Origin: Ignavibacteriota bacterium
GTDB taxonomy: Bacteria; Bacteroidota; Ignavibacteria; UBA10030; UBA6906
Assembly (NCBI GenBank): GCA_963801355.1
Contig: CAWDEM010000008.1
Location: 1,696,001-1,760,000 of the forward strand
DNA: 64,000 bases
Direction of reading: 5' to 3'
The translations under genes and the position numbers were made by a program. Below are positions 18,008-28,157 of the stretch, in pieces; the first letter of the stretch is position 1; every line of letters begins with the position of its first letter. The notes under the pieces are model-generated. The model made no database searches. It had not been told where the DNA came from and saw only the letters and a program-made list of their open reading frames with translations.

Positions 18008-19331
18008 TTGTTCCACTCCAAAATCATGCGGGCGCGTGTGACGGCATCACGCACGGCCTGCGCCGGAGGTTTTGTCGCCGTACACCGCACACATCTCGTA
18101 TTCCTGGGATATGCCGTCGAAAATCTCCTTCATGTCGGGAGCAGAGTCCATCCCTCTCGTGTACGGAACCTGTTCGGCAAATTTTACCATCATCGGATTC
18201 TGTTCTGAAATACTCCGCGAAGAGGGGCTCTGTGAGTAGATCGCCACGCACCGGAATCTGATCGCAGAGGCGCAGGAGGAGACAGTCGTACCTCGCGCTG
18301 AGCAGAAATCGCACAAATTCCCATGCTTCGCGCGGATGTTTTGTTGTCGTGAATATCGCGATGTTCTTGAAATCGCCGAACGTGTAGACAGGACCTTCCC
18401 GCATGTCCGGCACGGGCACCGGAATCACGGTGTATTCCAGTGCCGGGGCGAATTTCCGGATCGCGGCCACCTGCCACGGCCCTGCAATGTGCGTGACCTT
18501 TCGTTCCAGCATGAACGGGTCAACGCTCTGAAAGAACGAGGTCCGGGGAAAGTACCCGCGCTCGTAACAGGTGCGGAAGAACGTGAACACGTGCTCCGCC
18601 GAGGGATTGCCGAATGCGACCGAGTCGTTTCTGAACAACGGTTGCCCACCAGAGGCCGCCAGATAAAAAGGATAGAAATCGAACATCCGCTGCCACCAGA
18701 TCGGGCGGATGTCGCGCTCACCAACCCAGATTGTTGGCTTTCCTGCTCCGTTGAGCTTCTGCAACACCTGATCGCCGAGGGCATAGTAGTCCGCATACGT
18801 TCGGGGCACCGCCGCCACCCCTGCCTCCTTGAGCAGCTGCAGATTCACGAACATCATGACGGGGTTGGTCTTCCACGGCACGTTGTAGAAATGTCCGTCG
18901 GGAGTCCTGAACAACGTCAGCAACTCACGCGGCACTCTAAGCGCAATCACCGAATCGAAATCAGGAAACTGATCGAGCGCCACCAGACCACCGGAGGCTA
19001 CGTAATCCCGGAGAGCGATCGGGTTGATGTTGGAGCAGACATCCGGCGTGGTCTTGCCGGCAATAGCAGCGAGGAGGACTTCCTCGGTCGATTGATTCAC
19101 CGGAATCGGTTGCATCACCACATGAACGTCGGGGTGCCGGGCGTTCCACTCCTTCACCAGACTGTCAGCCAGCTCAACCTCCTGGGCATTCGGAGCGGGC
19201 CAGTAGGTCAGCCGGACAGGCCCGCCGGGCAGGTTTCCGGGTGTGTTCCTCCCGCCGCAACCGGAGATCAGCACGACCGCGAAAATGCCGGCAACACCTA
19301 TCCAGCGCCCTTGAGCGCATAACTGTTTCAT
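18004..19331 (-). CDS. Sugar ABC transporter substrate-binding lipoprotein, with two +1 frameshifts near 18203 and 18075
   Basis: MKQLCAQ...LISGC lipobox; AAIAGKTTPDV; GHFYNVPW. The C-terminus continues in other frames as NPMMVKFAEQVPYTRGMD and then PAQAVRDAVTRARMILEWNK*. The span is 1328 nt = 3n+2. Confidence 0.85.
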
Positions 19332-19332
19332 G

Positions 19333-20913
19333 CTATTGCCAGCCCTGCCAATCCTGGTCAATTGTGGGGAATGCCGGATGTGGAAAGGTACCACCTTTCT
19401 TTGCGAAGTACATGTCGATCGCTCTGGGGTCATCTTCATCCGCCACCGGCAGCCTGCGCAGAACATCATCGAAAATGATCACCGGGTATTTCCGCTTCAG
19501 GGCCACCAGTCGGTGAAGAAGGCGCCGCGAAAATTCCGCCGTAAAGCAGTCGCTGCGCACCTGATCCTTTGCCTGAGCAAAAGAGAGCATCTCTCCATCC
19601 GCCCCGCGGTAATTTCTTCGGTGTTGATCGTAATAGCGCAGGAGCGCGGCATCATCCAATGCAATGGAATCAGCAAGTCTTTTTTTCTCCAGGGAATACA
19701 GGGTCTTGTCTTCCCACCAGGCCTTCTGTGCCAGAACGCTCTCCCTCTTCTCCAGGCCCCGTTGCATCGCCCGCTCAATAAGCAGTCCATCCCGCACCAT
19801 CCGCCAGACCATCTGCTGCAACGACGCTTGATACGCCCGGACGGACGTTGCCCGGAGACGGAGGACATGTTCTCTGGCCCGGTACCATGCAAGGAATCGT
19901 GCGAGAGGCACGGACCGGCCCTTCATTTTCACCAATGGTTCCGAACCGAATTTCCCGATATCTGCGATCGCCGACAGTATCGTCTCCCGGTCAATCGACA
20001 ACTCGTTGAGCATTGCCCCGCGCATCTCGTCCGGAAGCCAGAACTGTGCAAGATATGCGCCCAGCAGATCGAATGTCCGTCGTTCAATCTCGGGAGTGTG
20101 CGAAAGCATCAGCCGGTTGATGTAGCTGTCGGAGAGACTGTCCGCCTTCTGCTGCGTGAGCGCACGGCGCGCGTTTTCCCGCTGCTGGAGTTCTTCCGGC
20201 CCGGTGGTGATGAGATCCATTTCGGTGTTACGAAGGAAGACAATGTACCACCCATCGGGTCCTTCAATCGGTGCCGAAGCAACCTGGAGCTGCAGGGTGT
20301 CGATGACACGGGCGATCGACGGGCGGAGGGTTTTCAACTTGAACCGGGTGGCATCCCACGACCGGAGGTCCGCCGTCACCGAATCTCCCAGCTGCAGGGC
20401 GAACACGCTGTCGAATCCGAGTCCGCGCGCAAGGAGACCACGGTAGTACTCAACCCCCTCCCGGGAAGGGGCATACAGCCATTGAATGGAGTGGTGAATG
20501 CGCTGTGCGGCAGTCGCGTCACGAATCTCCTCCTCGCCGAAGCGCACCTTGCTCAGCACATCGTCGCGGTAGAGCTCCTCCGTCACCAAATCGCCCTCGA
20601 TCTCGCTCACCGAGCGCCTGACCTCGGGGGCCGATCGTCCTCCCCGTCCGGCGGCATCGAGTGCGAGCAATTGCTCGTTGACCATGAAGTCGAGATGTCG
20701 CCGCTTCGAGTCTTTGTGTCGTTTTACAAAGGCGGGACCGAATTCGTAGGAGAGGAGGAACTCCCTGGCGGATATCGTCGCCGGGCCGATACGTGCGACA
20801 ACGATCGTAGCAAGCGCCGGATCGACAACCGGCGGAGCAAGTGAATCCTCGCCCGGCGGCTGTGCCCCGGCCAATGGGGGCGCACATACAAGGAGCAAAA
20901 TCAGCCAGACCAT
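19333..20913 (-). CDS. Exported peptidyl-prolyl isomerase/SurA-PrsA-like chaperone
   Basis: Signal peptide MVWLILLLVCAPPLAGA; VVARIGPATISAREF, LDFMVNEQLLALDA, SAPIEGPDGWYIV and LSFAQAKDQVRSD, the pattern of PpiC/SurA-like proteins. Confidence 0.7.
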   Translation of the reverse strand: MVWLILLLVCAPPLAGAQPPGEDSLAPPVVDPALATIVVARIGPATISAREFLLSYEFGPAFVKRHKDSKRRHLDFMVNEQLLALDAAGRGGRSAPEVRRSVSEIEGDLVTEELYRDDVLSKVRFGEEEIRDATAAQRIHHSIQWLYAPSREGVEYYRGLLARGLGFDSVFALQLGDSVTADLRSWDATRFKLKTLRPSIARVIDTLQLQVASAPIEGPDGWYIVFLRNTEMDLITTGPEELQQRENARRALTQQKADSLSDSYINRLMLSHTPEIERRTFDLLGAYLAQFWLPDEMRGAMLNELSIDRETILSAIADIGKFGSEPLVKMKGRSVPLARFLAWYRAREHVLRLRATSVRAYQASLQQMVWRMVRDGLLIERAMQRGLEKRESVLAQKAWWEDKTLYSLEKKRLADSIALDDAALLRYYDQHRRNYRGADGEMLSFAQAKDQVRSDCFTAEFSRRLLHRLVALKRKYPVIIFDDVLRRLPVADEDDPRAIDMYFAKKGGTFPHPAFPTIDQDWQGWQ

Positions 20914-20950
20914 TGAATGCGGGCGGTCACCGGATCGTTGCGCCGGCGGA

Positions 20951-21979
20951 TTAGAATTGCACGCCAACAGTGACCACATGAATGTTTTCCAGCAATCCCA
21001 TGTTCCGGTAGGCGTAGTCAAATTTCACCCGGATACTTTCCGCGGATAACAGGTCGGAAGTCACTCCCATGCCGAGAGACAGTCCTCCCTCGGCACCTTT
21101 AAGCAGCAGGGAAGAGAACCCCCCGCGAACGAAGAGGAAATTCTGGTAGGCGACTTCAGTGCCGATGTTGAGGCTTTCATAGTCGTCGTTTGGATGGAGC
21201 GCATCGACCGCGACGGTCCAACTGATGTCGTCCGTCTTCCATGGCATCGTCGAAATCCCGAACTGGAATACCAGGGGGAGCCCCCACGAATCGAATTCCA
21301 CGTTTGCGGGGATCTGGCTGTTCGATCCCAGCTTTGTGGCATCCATACTGATAAACTTCCGTGCATCGCGCCCCGAGAGTTCCATGGACGTTCCAAAATT
21401 CGACAGCGTGGCACCGATGGTCAGGCCACCGAACAGGTCCGTGCGGAATAACGTGCCGACATCGACGGCCATGGCCGTGGCTGTTTCGTGCCAGATGGTC
21501 TCTTGAATGTACTTTGCAGTAATGCCGATGGAGAACCGGTCGCTGAGCTGCCGGGCATAGGAGATCCCGATGGCCATGTTCCCGGCGCTGAAGTACTCCC
21601 CGGTTCCTTCGGGTTGCTCGACCGTGCGCACTATCATGTCGTCCATTGCCAGCTGCGTATAGCTCACGCCGATGGTCCCGAATGACCCCAGAGGTAGAAC
21701 AAGCCCTGCAAAACTGAATTTGGTGCCCGCGATCCAGGACGTGTGCGACGCGGCTGCCTCGTTCATGTCCAGCAGTGCCGCACCGGCGGCATTCCAGTAG
21801 AGTGAGGTCACGTCGTTGGAGAGACTCACGACCGCACATCCCATGGCGATGCCGCGCGCACCAACGGGAATTTCCAGGAAGGTCGCCGCGGATGTCCCAG
21901 TTTTGGAGTTATTGCCCTGGGCGGATACCACGGCGGACAACAGACACCCGGCGACGAGTACTGCAATGATCCGTTTCAT
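20951..21979 (-). CDS. PorV/PorQ-family (UPF0164) outer-membrane beta-barrel protein
   Basis: Signal peptide then KTGTSAATFLEIPVGARGIAMG and SLYWNAAG, the family N-terminal signature; ends VVTVGVQF (terminal Phe). Confidence 0.88.
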   Translation of the reverse strand: MKRIIAVLVAGCLLSAVVSAQGNNSKTGTSAATFLEIPVGARGIAMGCAVVSLSNDVTSLYWNAAGAALLDMNEAAASHTSWIAGTKFSFAGLVLPLGSFGTIGVSYTQLAMDDMIVRTVEQPEGTGEYFSAGNMAIGISYARQLSDRFSIGITAKYIQETIWHETATAMAVDVGTLFRTDLFGGLTIGATLSNFGTSMELSGRDARKFISMDATKLGSNSQIPANVEFDSWGLPLVFQFGISTMPWKTDDISWTVAVDALHPNDDYESLNIGTEVAYQNFLFVRGGFSSLLLKGAEGGLSLGMGVTSDLLSAESIRVKFDYAYRNMGLLENIHVVTVGVQF

Positions 21980-22008
21980 GGCAACAGTGGTTCCCTCGTT
22001 TGTCCGTG

Positions 22009-25000
22009 CTACTTCATGATGGCAAACCGGTCGATTTTCGTCCCGATCCCCGGGGCATCGACGTGGTAGACGTACACCCCGAACGCGATGTCCATACCGT
22101 CGCGGGATGTCAGATTCCAGGCTTCCTGTCCGTCGGCGAATGTGCCGTGGTGTTCCAATATCTGCACCAGATGCCCGCTGATCGTGTAGATGCGGATCGT
22201 GCACGCCCGCGGGAGGTGGATGAAGAAGACCTTGCGCTCCCCGCGTCCGACACTTGTGGTTGCCGGCTCCCATGAGGCAGCTCCTACGTAGGGGTTTGGC
22301 ACGACGGCGATTTTGTCAAGGTCCTGCTTCGCTTGCGCAGGGTCAAAACGGGGCGCCACTGTGGTGAACGAAAAATACTCACCCGACCGAAACGGCTTCG
22401 TGGTGACCACGCGGAACACATCGCCCGGCTGCGGAGGCCGCTGCAGCGACTCAGCGATTGTGGTGTCTTTGACGAGAGTGACCGACCAGCTGAACTTCGC
22501 GCTGCCGAAGTCCGCCGCAGGCTTTCCCGCCGAATCCCCCACCACAATGTAGAGTGCGTCGCCGTCATTGAACGTGGTATCCTCTTTGACATCCCTGAAC
22601 ACAAACTGGATGTGATCCCTGTCCTCGGTCAGATTCTTAATCACGATGTTCGACGGCGCCGGTGACGAAAACCCCGTGCTCGGGAATGAGAGGTCACCCT
22701 GCGCCCCGGGCTTCAGCGTAATTTCAAAATCCGCCGGATAATTGACCCGCCGTGTCTGGTACGCTGGTGCATATCGTGAATCGAACCCCACCTGCACAAT
22801 GTAGTTGCTATTTCCCTGCACCCAGCCTGTCTTCTCCGCGTTGACCGTGACGTACTGGTGGTTGCTGACCACGGTGTTGAACCCATGGAGAACAGATGAC
22901 ACTTCCTGCTGTCCCTTAAGCCGGCTCAGCCGGAGAAGCGTATCCCGGGTCGTCACATTGATCAGCCGGTAGTACGGATTGGGGTTGTCATGAAACGCCG
23001 CGGAATCGACGAACTCCGCACGATAGTTGTGTCCGTCACGCAGCGAGTCGAGATCAATGATCCTTGCCGTCAGGCTCCCCGTTCCCGGACCGGATTGCGA
23101 CACCACAATCGTCTTCGGAATGATATATCCTGCGGCCGCAGCACGCGGAGTGACGACAGCCGTGTTGACATCCACCTTTGACACGCGGCCGTTGATGTCC
23201 AGTTTGATCATACTGGTCGTTTCCGAGGGAGGAATGCCCAGAAATGTGCCGGTGATATTTGTCGTGTAAAACCCCTGATCGTACGCCGTGACCGCGTAAT
23301 AATACGTCTGCCCGTTCTGTACCGTCGAGTCGACATAGGAATGAGAAAGACCCCCGTCGTCACCGAGATTGAACAGCGCACCATTGACGTCTATAGGGTG
23401 CAATCCCTTCACACCATCCACAACATCGAACTGCGCGAGCGGTTTCCGATAGGTCGGCTTGCCATACGCATCGGTGATGAGCTGGTTCTCCAGGAAATTG
23501 GCCTCGGTGCTTCTGTAAATCTTGTATCCTTCGAAATTGTATTTCTGATAGAAAGCATCGAAGGTCTTTTCCGCCCGTTCATCCCAGTACAGCGTGACCC
23601 TACCGTCCCCTGCAATGGTCTTCACAATGGGTTTCTCCGGCGGTTTGGCAAAGCGATAGCTCGCGTTGTAGATTTGCTGGACCGTTTTTTTCCGCCTGAA
23701 GAGGTCACCGGGATCCAACCCGTATATCAGCGCCATGGAAAAGCGCTCGGTCTCGCCGGTTTCCTGAATCTTCCCGGTGCGCGTGCTGTACGTGTTCCGG
23801 CCGAACAGATGGAACATGTAACTTGAAAAGTGATTGGCGAGATTCACACCGATCAACGCCGGTTGCTGATCCGGAGGCGCCGGTGCGGATGACAGGCCAG
23901 TCCAGTTCCTCTCGTCATTGTTCAGATCATAGGTGTGCACGGGCGAAAGGATGAACCCGGTGAGACCCAGCTGGTCCGATTCATCTTTGTCGAGAATGCC
24001 GAAATTCGGCTCGCCCTGCTCGGGCCTCCCGTCTCCTTCTGAACCATCCGGATCGGCCCCGGGATACCCATCATCAAAAGGACCGATGCCGTCGGCGCCG
24101 ACGTCATCGTTCAACGGTTCCCCCGCAGCCCAGGCGCCGTCGCCGTTCAGGTCAGTGTAGGCGCGCCAGTTGCAGTTCTCATCGGCATCCCAGTGAGGTT
24201 TCCAGGATTGGCCGTAAAACTTGTTGAACCGGATGGTATCGGAGAGTGCGTCACGCAGAAAAGGATCGGTGAGTGGATTGGTGATGAACTGCACGGCATC
24301 GTTGTCGCGCCGCTCATCGGTCAACCCATCTTGATCGTTGTCGGAGTGGTCATCCGAGATTCCCGGACTCTCGAGAAAAGCATATCCGACGTATCCGACA
24401 GGGCTCCACTGCCCCGGGCTCCCGAAGCTGACGGTGGACCATGAATACGAGATGTTCAGCAGTTTGTCATAGCTGCCAGCATTGTTCGATGAGTTGTCGT
24501 GCCCGCCGATCCCCCAGTCAACGTACTGCGCAAAGAGGGTCCGGGCGTAATCGGTGGTCCCCATATTGGTGATTTCGTAGTACCAGAAAATCACATCCTC
24601 GGCCAGGACTTGCGACCACTGGAATCCGCGGCCGCGGACCTGCATACCCAGGCCGCCCCGCGTGGAATCATCGGCGTCGGGATGGAATTTGTTCTTCAGG
24701 AGATATTCGCGGTCTTCGTTGTCATCAAACACAAAATAGGACTCGAGATCCGCATTATACACGCCCCTCCCGAAGAAGCCGTTCCAGTAGCCGTCCCAAT
24801 CGCTGCCCCGGTCCGGCCAGTGGTTCGGCCAGGTGTTCGGATCGCTGCTTTCGGCAGGGCTGGACTGATACCGCGCCGCATAGTTGGGCAACGGCCACCA
24901 GCCGTATGTGACGGTGCTGCCCGATGGTGCCCGCGTGTATTCGTAGTAGTTCGTCTCGAGCGGATGAATCGTGTTTCCCTGCGGATCCTGTGTCTCCGCC

Positions 25001-25269
25001 TGCACGATGACGGCGACACCGTCAACATACGTATGATTGGTTCCTTTCGGCCATACGCCGCTCCTGCTCGGCTCGTTCTGCCAGTCGGCAATCTCGCCGA
25101 AGTTGTAGTAGACCGTCCCGACAAGGTTGCCATCCATGAATCCTTTCTTGGTCTCGAAGTGGCTTCCCTTGTTCTTGTCCACCAAGCGCTGTGCCGTGAC
25201 GCCCGATGCGACAAGAACGACGAGCGAGGCGATAAGAGCGCTTCTGCCTGGTAAAAGTCTCCAAAGCAT
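22009..25269 (-). CDS. 1086-aa secreted protein with Asp-rich Ca-binding-like motifs, an Fn3-like domain and an atypical T9SS-like CTD
   Basis: Signal peptide; DNDQDGLTDE and DLNGDGAW; GDGRVTLYWD...FEGYKIYRS...NGQTYYYAVTAYD (Fn3); IAVVPNPY...TIRIYTISGHLV...WNLTSRDG..IAFGVYVYHV..KIDRFAIMK. Confidence 0.8.
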   Translation of the reverse strand: MLWRLLPGRSALIASLVVLVASGVTAQRLVDKNKGSHFETKKGFMDGNLVGTVYYNFGEIADWQNEPSRSGVWPKGTNHTYVDGVAVIVQAETQDPQGNTIHPLETNYYEYTRAPSGSTVTYGWWPLPNYAARYQSSPAESSDPNTWPNHWPDRGSDWDGYWNGFFGRGVYNADLESYFVFDDNEDREYLLKNKFHPDADDSTRGGLGMQVRGRGFQWSQVLAEDVIFWYYEITNMGTTDYARTLFAQYVDWGIGGHDNSSNNAGSYDKLLNISYSWSTVSFGSPGQWSPVGYVGYAFLESPGISDDHSDNDQDGLTDERRDNDAVQFITNPLTDPFLRDALSDTIRFNKFYGQSWKPHWDADENCNWRAYTDLNGDGAWAAGEPLNDDVGADGIGPFDDGYPGADPDGSEGDGRPEQGEPNFGILDKDESDQLGLTGFILSPVHTYDLNNDERNWTGLSSAPAPPDQQPALIGVNLANHFSSYMFHLFGRNTYSTRTGKIQETGETERFSMALIYGLDPGDLFRRKKTVQQIYNASYRFAKPPEKPIVKTIAGDGRVTLYWDERAEKTFDAFYQKYNFEGYKIYRSTEANFLENQLITDAYGKPTYRKPLAQFDVVDGVKGLHPIDVNGALFNLGDDGGLSHSYVDSTVQNGQTYYYAVTAYDQGFYTTNITGTFLGIPPSETTSMIKLDINGRVSKVDVNTAVVTPRAAAAGYIIPKTIVVSQSGPGTGSLTARIIDLDSLRDGHNYRAEFVDSAAFHDNPNPYYRLINVTTRDTLLRLSRLKGQQEVSSVLHGFNTVVSNHQYVTVNAEKTGWVQGNSNYIVQVGFDSRYAPAYQTRRVNYPADFEITLKPGAQGDLSFPSTGFSSPAPSNIVIKNLTEDRDHIQFVFRDVKEDTTFNDGDALYIVVGDSAGKPAADFGSAKFSWSVTLVKDTTIAESLQRPPQPGDVFRVVTTKPFRSGEYFSFTTVAPRFDPAQAKQDLDKIAVVPNPYVGAASWEPATTSVGRGERKVFFIHLPRACTIRIYTISGHLVQILEHHGTFADGQEAWNLTSRDGMDIAFGVYVYHVDAPGIGTKIDRFAIMK

Positions 25270-25293
25270 GCCGATCCTCCGTGGTATTCCAGA

Positions 25294-28078
25294 TCAGAAT
25301 CCCAGCGTCGCGCCCAGAACAACCTGGCGCGGCGCCGAGAAAATACTCCGGACGTGTGTAGTACTGCTGAATACTGTTGACGCCCAATGGTGCCTGCTTT
25401 GACCGGGTGAGCTCAAGAGTGTACTGCGCACGCCCTGTATCACCGAACACGTTCAGCTCATTCGCGGTATCGAACAAATTGTAGGCTTTGAGAAATACCG
25501 AAACGCGAAACGGGGTGAACGTGAACTCCTTCGTGGCATACAGATCCACCGTGAAGAACATGGGCTTGTTGTCGCTGTTTTCCAATCCGGTCCGCTGGTT
25601 TTGCAGCGACGGCGTGTACGGAAGCCCCGACCCGATCCGGCTGATCAGACTGGCGATGAAATCCCCCGGCGTCCCCACCGATAATGTCACGTTCAACGAG
25701 TGCCGGCGGTCCCACGACAGCGGGACCAGTTGTTTGTTCGCCTCGATCGGCGGACTCGATTGTGCTTTGTTGTAACTGTCATTGGGATCCGATGCGTTGC
25801 CCTGCGCCACCTGCAACGTATAATCGATGTTCGCCCCGAAGCCACCTACCAGCCTCTTTTCGAGCGCAACGGTGAATCCCTTCACCGAGCCGTAGTCCAG
25901 GTTGACGTATTCCCCGTACTTCTTCAGATTATTCTTGATGTGCACAACGATCCCCAGGAGGTTCCGGATGTCCTTGTAGTATCCGGTGACCGTGAATCCC
26001 AGTTCGGGAGTCAGTTCCTGCTGCAACCCGATTTCGTACATTGTCGTGCGCTGGGGCTGCAGGTCGGCATTCCCGATCGTGTTGCCGACGAACTCCGGCG
26101 AATCGCCCGTGAGCGGAATCCTGAGATTGGGGTTTCGGTAGAGATAGTCGAACGGCGGGATCTGGAAGAAGTGTCCGTACGAAATGTGCACGGCACCCCG
26201 GTCGGTGATGGGGTAGGAAAGCCCAACTCGCGGACTGAATTGCGACTTCGCACTGGCCTTCCCGAAGTATCGCTCCGGATACGGCGGCGCCAGAGAATCC
26301 AGATCGGCAACCTGATCCGGATAGAGCAATTTCTGCCCGTCGGGCTGGAAGTAGTCGTATCGGAGCCCGACGTTCACGACGAGATATGACAGCTCGATTT
26401 TATCCTGCAGGTAGACCGCAAACTGACGCGGGTGGTTGACATAGTAATTGAAGTCAAAATCTCCCGGCCGCGATATCGTGGGAACAAAGCCGCTTGCGGC
26501 ATCCACGTGTATCTGAAAGTCTTTGTATTCGAGCCGGTGCAGATTCACTTCACTGCCAAACTTCAGCTGATGCACCGGCGTCACTTGCGCTGTCACATCA
26601 ACCCTGCCCGTGATGGTCTGCGTGTTGTGATTGAAATGCCAATTCTGCGTGCCACCCGTCAGGTACGCATTCGCCCCGGCATCCCTCATCCGCTCGGGTT
26701 TCACATAACGGGGATCGACAAACACCGAGGCAAGCAAGACCGGATCAGTTGGCGGATCGAGCGGGTCTTCGTAGACATACTGCTTGAAGTCACTGGTGAA
26801 GACGGACCCGGTGACATCCATGAACATTGCGTCATTGAAAACATGTGTATAGCCTGCGCTCCCCATGAAACTCTTCTGGAACTTTGTGTAGTCGCCGTCG
26901 GGATTGAGCTGAAACCTGTAGTCATAGTCCCGATATTTCTGGCGCTGATACAGGCCCGTCAACACGATACCCTTGGCGCTTCCGACTTTCACCGCAAGCT
27001 TCCCCTGCAGACTGGTCCTGTCCTGATAGTTCATTGGCACCAGCGCGCCGTCCCCTGTCGCACCGATGTGCCAATTCCGTACATCCTCGCCGGCAAAACT
27101 TGAGGAATCAGAAGGATTGAAAATGCGCCTACCGTAAATATATCCGTCATCGTAGAACCTGCGGCCAGAGAGATAGAAGCTCATAAGCCCGTCGGACAGC
27201 GGAACAGGGCCGCTGAGACTTCCCTGGATGTTATACAGCTTAGACGGGGACCCGCTGTGGAAGAAAGCCGATGGTTCGGCCAGAACGGGAAAACCGCCAA
27301 CAGGGAGCTCGCGGGATATGGTCTTGAATTGGTCTCCACGCGTGCTTACGTAATCTCCGGTGTAGAACGTCACTTCACCTTCATACTTTTCGCCGGCAAT
27401 TTTCGTTATCTGGTTCACAACGCCCGAAAGCGCTTCACCATATTCCGCGTTGAACGTCCCGCTCAGAACTTGAATCTCCTGTATGCTGTTGACTTCGGCC
27501 TGCATGGTGAAGTTGCCGGAGAACACATCATTCACCGAAACGCCGTCGATCAGATACTTGACCTCATTTGCACGGCCTCCACGGAAATGCCCTTCAACGA
27601 CCCCGGCCTGAAGGTTCACCACGGAGCTCACGTCTTCCACGGGTATTTTGGAAAGTTGATCACTTCCGACCGAGGAGGTGGTGGAGGTCAGATCGCGCTG
27701 CACAATGGGGCGTGTAGCCGTAACGATCACATCGCCGATTTCCACCATCTGCGGTTGAAGCTGGAATTCGATTCTGGTTGTCTGATCAGCAGTGACGTTG
27801 ATACCGTTCACTGCGACGGATGTAAACCCCACGCTGGATGCCTTCAAGTCGTACCGTCCCGGCGGAACATTCAGGATGAAGTATTCGCCTTCGATATCGG
27901 TGGACGCACCCATGGTGGTGCCGGTAACAAGAACGTTTGCGCCGACCAGGGCTTCCTTGGTCTGTGCATCGATGACCTTCCCGGCGACCTTTCCGGTGGT
28001 GCCCGCCCGCAGAGAGGCGCAGAGACACACCGGCAGGATCACCACGAGACACAACTGCTGAACTATGCGGGTCCGCAT
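25294..28078 (-). CDS. TonB-dependent receptor with N-terminal carboxypeptidase-regulatory-like domain; +1 frameshift in the A4 run at 25340-25343
   Basis: GTTGKVAGKVIDAQTKEALVGANV; plug HFRGGRANEVKYLIDGVSV and GTFNAEYGEALSGVVN; barrel GLRYDYF and SPRVGLSYPI. Removing one base gives the C-terminus YFSAPRQVVLGATLGF* with terminal Phe, and removes the 250-nt overlap with the next gene. Confidence 0.9.
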
Positions 28079-28116
28079 TTGTGGGCACTCTACGAAATGA
28101 AAGGAGGATAACAGTA

Positions 28117-28148
28117 CCGGGGGTGGCCGCTCGTGGCACCACCCCCGG
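28117..28148 (-). terminator. Intergenic GC-rich stem-loop (attenuator or mRNA-stabilising hairpin)
   Basis: CCGGGGGTGG-N12-CCACCCCCGG just after the stop of the 1259-aa gene; no clear U-tract. Confidence 0.55.
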
Positions 28149-28157
28149 AATTGTGAG

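Noticed and set aside
19330-20844. 504-aa plus-strand ORF
   Set aside because: Antisense shadow of the PPIase-like gene; no recognisable features.
25022-25293. C-terminal extension of the TonB receptor overlapping the next gene
   Set aside because: Artefact of the +1 insertion at 25340-25343; the repaired gene ends in Phe at 25294.
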